DNA of 34,116 nucleotides from Emiliania huxleyi CCMP1516 (GCF_000372725.1 NW_005201191.1:293882-327997); one strand, 5' to 3'; positions 19,314-29,136 are shown, numbered from the stretch's first letter. Translations and numbers: made by a program. The notes: a model not told the origin generated them from the letters alone.

Positions 19314-21715
19314 TCACAAGTTCACAGACACCTCGAGCAGGGCCGGGTGGTTGGTCCAGAGCCCCCAGCCGTCTGGGAACGGCCTCGTCGGCGCGGCCGC
19401 GTTGTACGCGTCAAAGTCGTCCGCGAGGGCCCTCAGCTCGCGCTGGAAGTCGGCATAGCTCGCGCGCAGCCCCTCCTCCCCCGCCACACCGCCAAACAGG
19501 TGCGACCAGTCATCTTCGGAGCCGGGCGCGGCGAGCAGCTTTGGCATCGGCATGAAGGTGAAGGAGGTGAGGATGGCCTGTGTGATGGCCGACTGCTTGT
19601 TGCCGCGCGCCTCGCCCACCGGCCAGCGCCACGCACAGAAGCGGACGTCCTTCGCGTACACGGCGAGGTGGCCCGCCTGCTCGTGCCCCGCGGTCACACG
19701 GTCACACACCGTCGCGATGAGGCAGGTGCAGAGCTCCGCCAGCTGCGGAGGCGGCAGGCCGCGCACGGCGACCACCTCGTGCGTCCCGCCCGCGCTGCCC
19801 GCCCCCGGCTGAGCGACGAGCGGCGCCGTGGTGGAGAGCGAGCGCAGCAGCCCCTCCGCAAAGCCGGTCATCTCCGCGTCGGCGGCGAGGCTTGCGGCGG
19901 TCGGGTACACGGCCCGGAGCGAGGCCTCAACGTACCCCTTGAAGACGCGGTACAGCCGCCCCGCCTGTTTGGGGTGGGGGGAGGGGGGGGGGTAGAGGCG
20001 GGCCGGGAGCATCGGTGACAGCAGAGGCAGGGACGGCTCAGGCGGAAACGCTGTCGGAAAGCCTGCCGCTCGTGCCTCGGAAGTGTCTCGGAAGTGTCTC
20101 GGAAGTGTCTAGGAAAAGGCTGTCGGACGCGCCTGCCGCTCGTACGGCGTGTCGACGCCGCCGGCGCGTCGCGCCTCGAGGTAGCGCTCGCGGTCGACGA
20201 TGTGCATGAGCCGCTCGAAGGGCGACGCGCCGGAGAGCTCGGCCGCGGCGCCGCCTGGCTGCATCGCCGCGGCGCACACGAGGGACGGCGCTGCGTCCCA
20301 CGCGAGCTGGAGGCCCTCGCCGGTGAAGGCGAGAGTGCGTGACACCATCGAGCGCTCGGCGACGAGGAGGTCGTGCGCACGGTCGTTGACGGTGATGGTC
20401 TGGTGCAGGAAGGGCGTGAGGAGCCGCCGAAGCGGGTGCGAGGCGGACAGCGTCTCGCGAAGAGCCACGGCCGCGGCCGTCGAGAGGTCGAGGTGGAGCT
20501 CGAAGAGGTGGTCGACAACCTGCTCAATGTCCACGCGGTGCAGGAGACCCCCCCTCGTCGGTGTGTTTCCCCCCCCCCCCCCCTCCCTCCCTCCTACATC
20601 GAGGGCAGACGGGGTAGACTGGGTGGACCGGCGGGCAACTGTGGTAGACGAGTCGACCGCAGTCTACCGCAGTGGACGGTGCAAGGACGCCAGTCTACCG
20701 GCAGATCCGCGGGACCGCCGCGAGGAGCCGCACGAGCCAGCTCAAGGAGGAGGTCGGCCGCCATCAGGTCTTCGATGATGGCGCAGTGCATATCGCACCA
20801 CATCTCGGTCACCCGTCGGCGCTACCTGGGCGGGCCTCGGCTGGGTCTCGGCTAGGCTACGTCGCGGCGCCGTCACGAGCGTGAAGACGGAGGAGCGCAC
20901 GCAGAACTTCGCGTACTCCCACGCCGCGGGGTCGCCGTCCGGGTAGAAGGTGCGCGTCGTCAGCTGGCGCGCCTCGAAGCCGCGCGCGGCGCCGCTCGGC
21001 CCGACGCGTCCCGCGGCGCTGCCGGCGGGCTCGCACCGCTCGATGCGTAGCACGCGCCAGGATTCGTCAAAGTACGCGTCTGCGCCTATACTGGTCGACG
21101 ACTCGGCGTTGACGTCATGCGTTGAGCAGCGCCGCATCATCGGCGCACGTCTAGGAAGTGTCTAGGAAGTGTCTAGGAAGTGTCTAGGAAGTGTCTCCGC
21201 GCCGTAGCTGGCGTAGCCCGGCCGCACCGGCAGCGCGGCGAGCGCGTTCGTCCGGACAGCGAACACGCGCCGCCCGCCCTCCTCGAGCGCCTCCACCCTG
21301 TGCGCGCCCATGCCGTGCCGGCAGAAGCGCGTGAGCGCCTCGTCCGAGAGCTTGTCGCCCCACTCCGGCGCGTGCGGCGGCGAGTGCGGCGGGTAGACGT
21401 CGCCGACGTGCGTCGCGACGTACGCCTCGGGGTCCTCGCCTAGGAAGTGTCTAGGAAGTGTCTAGGAAGTGTCTAGGAAGGACGTACGCCTCGGGGTCCT
21501 CGCCTACAGGAAGGTTCTTGGAAAGGTCCAGGCAAGGTTCCAGGAAAGGAAGGTGCGCCTCGGGGTCCTCGCCGGGCGCAAAGGGCGAGAAGTCGTCCGT
21601 GATCGGCAAGAGGTGCAGGTAGGCGTTACTCAGCTGCGTCGCCCGCAGAGCGAGCAGCGGCTCGGGGAACTCGTCCTCGTCGATGGGCGGCACGCGCACG
21701 CGGGGGGCCCCTCGC
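19314..21715 (-). other. Lipoxygenase catalytic domain (C-terminal part of the fusion)
   Basis: WEYAKFCVRSS...VVDHLFELHL (two His ligands), LRETLSASHPLRRLLTPF..TITVNDRA..LL, DAEM..F, VTAGHEQAG (third His), MPKL, FQRELRAL, and a C-terminal LEVSVNL* (carboxylate ligand position). Confidence 0.9.
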
Positions 21716-24700
21716 CTGTTGGGAGGGGTGGGGAGGGGTGAAGAGGGGTGGGGAGGGGTGGGGAGGGGTGGGGAGGGATGAAGAGGAATGGGGAGGTGTG
21801 GGGAGGTGTGGGGAGGTGCGGGGAGGTGCGGGGAGGTGTGGGGAGGGGTGGCGAGGAATGGGGAGGGATGGGGAGGTGTGGGGAGGGATGGCGAGGAATG
21901 GGGAGGGGTGGGGAGAGGTGGGGAGAGGTGGGGAGAGGTGGGGAGAGATAGGCCCCTCGCCAGGAGTGCATCGGCCGGCGGAGCAAGCCGCGCCGCCGCC
22001 GCAGCTTCGCGGCCTGCATGCTCTGCGCGGTGGGCCGGCGGCGGGCGGCGTGCAGCGCCTGCGATTCGACGACCAGCTCGAGGTCAGAGAGATGTCTAGG
22101 AGGTGTCTAGGAGGTGTCTAGGAGGTGTCGAGGAGGTGTCTAGGAGGTGTCTAGGAGGTCCAGGAGGTGTCTAGGAGGTGTCCAGGAGGTGGTCTAGGAG
22201 GTGTCTAGGAGGTGTCTAGGAGGTGTCTAGGAGGTGGTCTAGGAGGTGTCTAGGAGGTGTCCAGGAGGTGTCCAGGAGGTGTCCAGGAGGTGTCTAGGAG
22301 GTGTCTAGGAGGTGTCTAGGAGGTGTCTAGGAGGTGTCTAGGAGGTGTCCAGGAGGTGTCCAGGAGGTGTTTACGAGGTGGTCTAGGAGGTGTCTAGGAG
22401 GTGTCTAGGAGGTGTCTAGGAGGTGTCTAGGAGGTGTCTAGGAGGTGTCCAGGAGGCGTCTAGGAGGTGTCCAGGAGGTGTCCAGGAGGTGTCCAGGAGG
22501 TGTCCAGGAGGTGTCCAGGAGGTGTCCATGAGGTGTCTAGGAGGTGTCTAGGAGGTGTCCAGGAGGTGTCCAGGAGGTGTCCAGGAGGTGTCTAGGAGGT
22601 GTCTAGGAGGTGTCCAGGAGGTGTCTAGGAGGTGTCCAGGAGGTGTCTAGGAGGTGTCCAGGAGGTGTCTAGGAGGTGTCTAGGAGGTGTCCAGGAGGTG
22701 TCTAGGAGGTGTCCAGGAGGTGTCTAGGAGGTGTCCAGGAGGTGTCCAGGAGGTGGTCTAGGAGGTTGCGCCCGCCACTCGAGCAGGAGGATCTTCTCGA
22801 ACAGGTCGTTGTGCGACAGCCCCATCGCGCTTGTGAGCACGAGGATCGCGAGCACCAGAGGCAGCAGCAGCTGCAGCGCGCCTGCGGCACACGCCACGGC
22901 CTCGTCGTGGACATGCCAAGGAGCACCAGAGGCAGCCGAAGCGCGCCGGCGGCGAGGAGGAGGAGGCCGTTGGCTCCGACCAGCGCGGGCACCAGCAGCA
23001 GCAGAAAGAGCGCCAGCGCACGCGCCCCCCAAACGCCGCATCGTGGGCAAGACGTGATCGGAGGGGCGGTGTCGTCCGTCGACGCGGGCGGGGCATGAGC
23101 TACCAAGGGCATGCCCGACTCCCACCTACACACGCAGCGTCGACCGGTGTGGACATGTGCATGTGCATGTGCATGTTGTGCATGTCATGTGCATGTGTGT
23201 GGGGGTGCTCCAGGGGCACACACGGATGCTCGCCTTGAGAAGAGCGGCCAGCACACGGGCCTCTCCGCGGGCCGCGCGAGCTGCCTGGAGGTGCGGAGAG
23301 GTGGGGAGGAGTGGGGAGGAGTGGGGAGAGGTGGGGAGGTGTGGGGAGGAGTGGGGAGAAGTGGGGAGGTGTGGGGAGGAGTGGGGAGAGGTGGGGAGGT
23401 GTGGGGAGGAGTGGGGAGAAGTGGGGAGGTGTGGGGAGGAGTGGGGAGAAGTGGCGAGATGTGGGGAGATGTGGGGAGATGTGGGGGAGATGTGTGTGTG
23501 TGGGGGGGGGAGATGGAGAAGTGTGGAGAAGTGGGGAGGAGTGGGGAGGAGTGGGGAGATGTGGGGAGATGTGGGGAGATGTGGGGAGAGGTGGGGAGAG
23601 GTGCGCCAGCTCCACGCCGAGGCCAGCTCGAGCGCCACGAGAGGCATCACCTCCTTGGCCACCCGCTCGCCCCCGCAGCGGTGGTTCTCGACCCAGTCGC
23701 CCGCCCCGAAGGGCGTGAAGCCCTCCAGCGAGCCATCCCCTCCGGACACGGTGGCGGCCTGAGGCGAGGGAAGGTAAGGCAGGGTACACCTCTCCACACA
23801 CACCAAGGTGGCGGGGCAAGGGGCCAGGGCAGCCCTCGCGACTCCGCGTCTGGACGACAGGAGCCCCGCACGGCAGTCAATGTGCAAGGCCCGGTGCGCG
23901 TGGGTGAGCGGGTGTGTGAGGTGGGCGACCTCCCAGCGGCCCGGCCAGAACACGTCGGGCCTCTCGTGCCGGCTGCCGCGGCACGTGGCGTACAGGAACG
24001 CCGCCAGGAAGTCGCCCCTTGGGATGGCGACGCGATCGCCGCCGCCGCCGCCGTCCGCCGCCGCCGCTCGCGCTCCCTCGGAGGCGAAGGCCGACGCGGG
24101 GATGTCGACGGTGGCCGCACCGAAGACGAACTGCGGGGAGAGAGGGGGAGGTGTGGGGGAGGTGTGGGGGAGATGTGGGGGAGGTGTGGGGGAGGTGTGG
24201 GGGAGGTGTGGGGGAGGTGTGGGGGAGGTGTGGGGGAGGTGTGGGGGAGGTGTGGGGGAGGTGTGAGCGCGGCGCCGGAGTGGCCACCTGCACGCCGTTG
24301 AAGTAGCGCAGCGTCTCGTGTGCAAGTGCGCGGGCGGCCGCCCCTGGCGCACCGCCGTGCTCCTGCGGGCGAGGCACGCCGAGAGAGGTGGGGGGAGAGA
24401 TGTGCGAGAGATGGGCGAGAGATGTGGGAGAGATACGGGGAGAGGTGGGGAGAGATGGGGAGAGGTGGGGAGAGGTGGGGAGAGCGTGGGGAGAGGTGGG
24501 GAGAGGTGGGGAGAGATACGGGGAGAGGTGGGGAGAGATGGGGAGAGACGGGGAGAGGTGGGGAGAGGTGGGGAGAGATGGGAGAGGTGGGAGANNNNNN
24601 NNNNNNNNNNNNNNNNNNNNNNNNNNNNNNNNNNNNNNNNNNNNNNNNNNNNNNNNNNNNNNNNNNNNNNNNNNNNNNNNNNNNNNNNNNNNNNAAGTTT

Positions 24701-27700
24701 AAAAGATGCCCGAGGCCGGGGTCGTAGGCGTATGCGGAGGAATCCAGAAGCTTTGAAAAATTAGAAAGAAGGAGGCCCCCAGACTATTTGTGGGGGGGGA
24801 TGGGGAGCGTTCGGAGAGGTGGGGAGAGGTGGGGAGGGGTGGGGAGAGGTGGGGAGGGATGGGGAGAGGTCATCGTGGGGGAGGCCGCATCCAAAGGTGC
24901 GCACCCTCCGTTGAAGAGGTGGTACCAGGAAGTGTCTAGGAGTCTAGGAAGTGTCTAGGAGGTGTCTAGGAGGTGTCTAGGAAGTGTCTAGGAGGTGTCT
25001 AGGAAGTGTCTAGGAGGTGTCTAGGAGGTGTCTAGGAAGTGTCTAGGAAGTGTCTAGGAAGTGTCTAGGAGGTGTCTAGGAAGTGTCTAGGAAGCGCGCG
25101 CCCTCCGTTGAAGACGTGGTACAGGTCGGCCAGCAGTGCCGTGTCGGGGAGGCGCGTGGGGCCGAGCTCACGCAGGTACGACGCCAGCAGCGAGGTCGGC
25201 TCGCCCTCCTCCACGGTGTCCGCCCCCGCCGCCCGCGCGTGGCTGAGCGCCCGCGCCATGAAGCCGAAGATCCGCTCGTGCCCGAGCCGTGCCGCGCCGC
25301 CCGCCGCGCCAAAGCGCAGCGATCGCGCGATGTCGTCGAACGTGGAGAAGTTTGCGTCGAGCGCGCGGCCCAACTGCACGGCCTCGCCGCGGCAGACCGG
25401 GAGGCCGAAGAAGGCCTCGCAGGTCAGATGCGCGACCAGCGTGAAGGCCTCCTCAGCGAGGGCCACCGGCTCGCCGCCTCGCACGCGCTCCGCCACGCCC
25501 CGCAGCTCGCGCCGCACCACCGCCCGAACCGCGTCGAGGACGAGCCCGGGCCGCATCGCTGCGTGGAAGACCTGCTTGCGCGCCCGGTGCTCGGCGCCGT
25601 CGAGGGGGGGGAGGCCGTACTCGACCGCCGCGAGCGCAGCCCCACGGCCGCCCGCGGGGCAGCAGCCGCCGCGCGTCGAGGCGGGCGGAGGCGGGTCCTT
25701 GGCGGTCCCCCAGACAGTCTGGACGAGGCCGAGGGGCGTGAGAGGCCACTTTGTGGGGTCGCGCTCGCAGTAGGCGCCGTCGTAGAAGACTGCCAGCCCC
25801 TCGTGCCCCCAGACGCCCCAGACGCCGGTCGGCGAGACGGCCGCGTACCGCCGCGACGGCATGCTCCGGGCGACGGCGAGCTGCGCGGCGGCATTGTCGA
25901 AGGGGAAGGAGAGGAGGGAGGCGCGGTGCGGCGGCGGGGGCGCAGCCGAGCCAGACACCAGCCGGCGCAGCGTCGTCAGCGTCTCGCGCGCGCGGTGTGC
26001 GGCGTGGCCGCCTCGCGCCAGGACGAGGCCGAGGAGGAGGAGCAAGGGAGGCAGCAGCAACAGTCCGGCGACCAGCGCAGGGGCGGCAAGCAAAGCGCCT
26101 CCGAGGACCGCCAGCGCCCGCCTCCAGAGGCGTGGCGTCGCATCGCCGCTCTCCCACGCCGCTCGAAGCGGGCAGAGCTCGGGCGGCGCCCCGCCAAACG
26201 CGGCATCGGCCGGTGGGGGCGCCGGGACGCCTGGAGGAAGCGGCCGGGGCCACGCCGGAAGCAGCGCCGAGTAGAGTCCGGGCAGTCCCTCGTACTCGTA
26301 CCGCTTGTCCGAGTTGTGCACGAGCTGGTAGAGCCAGCGCTGCGCCGCCGCGCCGCCGGCGCCGCCCACCCTCGCGTCGTCCGTCAGCATCGTGTGCCGG
26401 AAGAGGAGCCTGGGGGGGATCTGGGGGAGATCTGGGGGAGATCTGGGGGAGATCTGGGGGAGATCTGGGGGAGATCTGGGGGAGAGATGTGTGGTGGAAG
26501 AGGAGCCTGCGATCGCCCAGCAGCGAGCGGCACGCCTCGCCGCGCAGCCGCACCTCGCCCGCGAACCGGATGGGACGTGTCAGGGAAGTGTCGTGGACAT
26601 GTCCAGGACAGGTGTGCTGCAGCCGCACCTCGCCCGCGAACCGGAGGGCCGACGGGTCGAGGCCGGGCACGAGAAAGACGCGGTACAGCACGCGAGCCGC
26701 CGACTCGGCGGCGGCGCCTCGCAGCGCGGCTCGCAGCGCGTCGAGCGACTCCGCGCCGTCTGCCAGGTGCCGCGCGACGCGCGCGGCGAGCAGCGGGTTC
26801 GGCTGCAGCACGAGGGCGAACGGGAAGGCTGCCTCGCCCGCGGGGCTGCCGTCCTGCGCGTGGCTGGCGAGGTCGGACAGGCCCGTCACGCCGAAGAGAG
26901 CGCCCGCTGCGCCGGCGGGGCAGCCGGGGATGGGCGGCTTGTCGAGCAGCGCGTTGCGGAGCGCCCAGATGAAGCGGCTCCCCGTGAGGCCGGCACGCAC
27001 GTCGACGAGGCCCGCCTGCGGAGGTGTGGGGAGGCGTGGGGGGATGTGGCGAGATCGCGAGGATGGTTGACGAGTCGGCGAGCCACCTGCCGCCAGTCCT
27101 TGGTGCCGCTCCGACCCACACTGGCGCCCGACGACGGCACAGGGATGTGCGTGCAGAGCGGCAGCTCGAGCAAGTTGGCGCTCGCCTGCGCCTCGAGGAT
27201 GTTGTGCAGCGCGACGAAGTTGGCGGACGCCACGCCATCGCGAAAGCACTTGACCGCCGCGCCGGCGACGCGCGCGCCCGGCTCCGGAGCCACTGCCCAC
27301 GAGAGCCGGACCAAGGCTTCGTCGCTGCCCGAAGAGAAGATGCCCGAGTACTGCTCGCCGACCCACGGCTCCCACTCGAGCGACGCCCGCACGCAGACGC
27401 CTTGCCGGTGGACGCCTGATGAATCGTTCACTACTGTTAATGAGGTATTAATCAAGGTCTCGCCGCGCCCTGCCGGTGGACGCCTTTGTAGTGGCCGCGG
27501 GGCGAGAGGTCCGCCCGGAGGCGAAGGGCCGTCTCCACCGGCATCGCAATGATGCGGAGCGCCTGGCCGACAAAGCCTGGCCGCGGGTCGCTCGACTGGT
27601 CGGCAGTCAGGCCCTTCCACAGTCTGCACGCCTTCTCGATGCGACTCTGCGCCTCCGGAAGGAGCTCTTGCCGCGAGGCGTACGGAAAGGGACGGCGGAG

Positions 27701-28054
27701 GAGAAGCCGCCAGACACCGTCGAGCACCACGGCAGGTCCGTTGACTGCAGGGAGGACTGGCCAGCGCCAGAGCGAGAGTCCAACCAGCGGGTAGTTGAAA
27801 AGAGCAACCGCAACGCCCTCGAGAAGGCCGTAGACCACAAAGAGAGGGATGAGCGCGCTTATCGGGAGGACAGCGATGACAATCGCCAGCCAAGCGAGCA
27901 GGCCGAACGGCGAAGCCGACGCGCACTCAGACTGCAGCTCTGAATCATCCTCGGCGATGAGAGAGGAGGCCCGACGCGCCCGAGCGATGTACTTCTGCGT
28001 CGGACGTGCGACTGCGGGTCTTGAGTTCGGCAATAGCTGGCTTTGAGCGGTCAT
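19314..28054 (-). CDS. Trifunctional fusion: catalase-related heme domain + CYP152/CYP74-like cytochrome P450 + lipoxygenase (~1,750 aa). Exons 28054-27484, 27415-27087, 27015-26629, 26553-26507, 26409-~25102, [gap], 24362-24288, 24130-23930, 23758-23607, 23284-23234, 23125-22947, 22881-22772, 22058-21961, 21715-21573, 21439-21203, 21085-20871, 20519-20133, 19964-19314
   Basis: Hand-spliced at GC/GT-AG sites. Phases are consistent and there is no stop codon at either inter-domain junction. Family motifs for all three domains appear in order. The exon(s) around the N gap are unresolved. Confidence 0.78.
22093..22764. repeat. Intronic 11-bp minisatellite (TGTC(T/C)AGGAGG)n
   Basis: About 60 tandem units. 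Related arrays at 20078-20115, 21149-21195, 21441-21480 and 24927-25093. Confidence 0.95.
23291..23600. repeat. Intronic G-rich 10-bp minisatellite (GTGGGGAGAG-like)
   Basis: Tandem 10-mers. Similar arrays at 21721-21950, 24140-24265, 24385-24594 and 26411-26490. Confidence 0.9.
23771..23865 (-). mobile_element. Diverged copy of the (TTACC)-tailed short element, inside intron 23929-23759
   Basis: Aligns by eye with 5917-6005 across its length (CTCCACACACAC..GGTGG.GGGGCAAGGGG...CCCTCGCG.CTCC.CGTCT..ACGACAGGAGCC). Confidence 0.65.
24595..24694. other. Assembly gap (100 N) inside the P450 domain
   Basis: Run of N. The flanking 24695-24945 looks like low-quality contig-end sequence. Confidence 0.99.
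26390..27500 (-). other. Catalase-related (mini-catalase fold) domain (N-terminal part of the fusion)
   Basis: KGVHRQGVCVRA (distal His), YSGIF..G...LVRLS, GAAVKCF and ANFVAL occur in the order expected for the catalase beta-barrel. A proximal Tyr could not be assigned with confidence. Confidence 0.72.
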
Positions 28055-28290
28055 CGGTCCTGCCGATCACGAATGCTCGAGTGGCCGGCAAGGTCGTCGG
28101 GTGCTCATCACGTTAATTTCTTTTTGAGCTTAGCCTTCGATGTTATGAAACAAACGCAAGGATTTCTTTTTTGTATGTTGAGCCACAAGACCCGCGAGCC
28201 ACAGCTGTTTTAATAAAATCAACTCGGGGGCACGGAAAGCCTTGCCCGCCAAAAGAATTCACGGCCGCGGCCCCCGATCGATCAATCAGG

Positions 28291-29115
28291 ATGCTCTACA
28301 CGACGCTGCTCTACGGCTTCGCTCCAATGAGGCCGAACGCCTGCAGGAGGCTGAGCAGTCAGCCGTCGACTGCGGTGCGGCCTTTGGCGAGCGTGGTCAT
28401 CCCATCGCGATGGCAGCGCGTGCACGACTGCGAGCGGCCGGCAAAGTACCGGGAGGTGCTTACGGAAGAGGACTGCGCGATATACGAGCTCGAGCTAGCC
28501 GCCGGCCGCACGCCCGCCTCTGTCGTCGACGGCGTGCTCGAGCGGCGCCGCCGGTGGGTGCGGCTCAACAGGCCGCGCTGGCGCCGCAAGTACTCCGAAA
28601 TCGTGCGCGGGATCAGAGACATGGACGACCTGCGCGAGGTGTGCGCCGCCGCCGCTGCGCGCAACCGCTCCGTCGTCGCGCTGAGCATCTACTCGCAGCC
28701 CGAGCGATCGAACCTGCGCGTCGCCGCCAAGTTCCGGCGGCTCGCCCTCAAGTACCAGCGCGACGCCGCGTGCTGCGAGGCGGAGGCGAGGAGCGCGCTC
28801 GCCCTGGCGCTGGGCGCGGAGGCGCCCTCGGTGACACTCTTTGACGCCGAGCGCGTCACCCGCGTCGCAAGCTGCCCGTCCTGGCCGGCCGCCTTCAAAC
28901 GGCTCGAGGCGAGGCTGCTCGGATGCGTGGCGGCGATGCAGAAGCGGCGCGCCTTCCTGCGACGGCTCGTGGACAAGCGGCCCAACCTCGTCCGGCTCGC
29001 CGCCTCGCTGGGCGACCCGACCGCCGCGCCGCAGCACGAGGACGCGCCGGCGACATCGTCCACCTCGGGCGGACTCGTGCGGAGGGACCCGCCCAAGATT
29101 CAGCTGTTGGGGTAG
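28291..29115 (+). CDS. Thioredoxin-fold protein lacking CxxC, with a possible organelle-targeting N-terminus (274 aa)
   Basis: First ATG at 28291. IRDMDDLREVC...VVALSIYSQPERSNLRVAAKFRRLALKY...LALALGAEAPSVTLFD follows thioredoxin topology, including the cis-Pro region, but has ERSN in place of CxxC. Confidence 0.55.
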   Translation: MLYTTLLYGFAPMRPNACRRLSSQPSTAVRPLASVVIPSRWQRVHDCERPAKYREVLTEEDCAIYELELAAGRTPASVVDGVLERRRRWVRLNRPRWRRKYSEIVRGIRDMDDLREVCAAAAARNRSVVALSIYSQPERSNLRVAAKFRRLALKYQRDAACCEAEARSALALALGAEAPSVTLFDAERVTRVASCPSWPAAFKRLEARLLGCVAAMQKRRAFLRRLVDKRPNLVRLAASLGDPTAAPQHEDAPATSSTSGGLVRRDPPKIQLLG

Positions 29116-29136
29116 GGGGCGCTGGGTGCGGCGAGG

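Larger units (their letters stand above)
23090..25920 (-). other. Cytochrome P450 domain, CYP152/CYP74-like (middle part of the fusion)
   Basis: GHEGLAVFYD, LDGAEHRARKQVF, I-helix DLYHVFNGG, K-helix HETLR, PDVFWPGRW meander, and heme loop FTPFGAGDWVENHRCGGE (23719-23666). Confidence 0.9.

Noticed and set aside
20594..20812. 72-aa ORF as an extra LOX exon
   Set aside because: Direct joining of SSVFTLVT to VVDHLFELHL gives the expected LOX motif spacing. An insert would break the metal-ligand helix.
21738..24764. Gly/Trp/Glu/Arg-rich or Pro/His/Ser-rich ORFs
   Set aside because: Translations of intronic 10-11 bp minisatellites.
19314..28054. Three separate adjacent genes (catalase-like, P450, LOX)
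   Set aside because: No stop codon or intergenic-like sequence lies between the domains, and the splice phases join them. Still unproven without cDNA.
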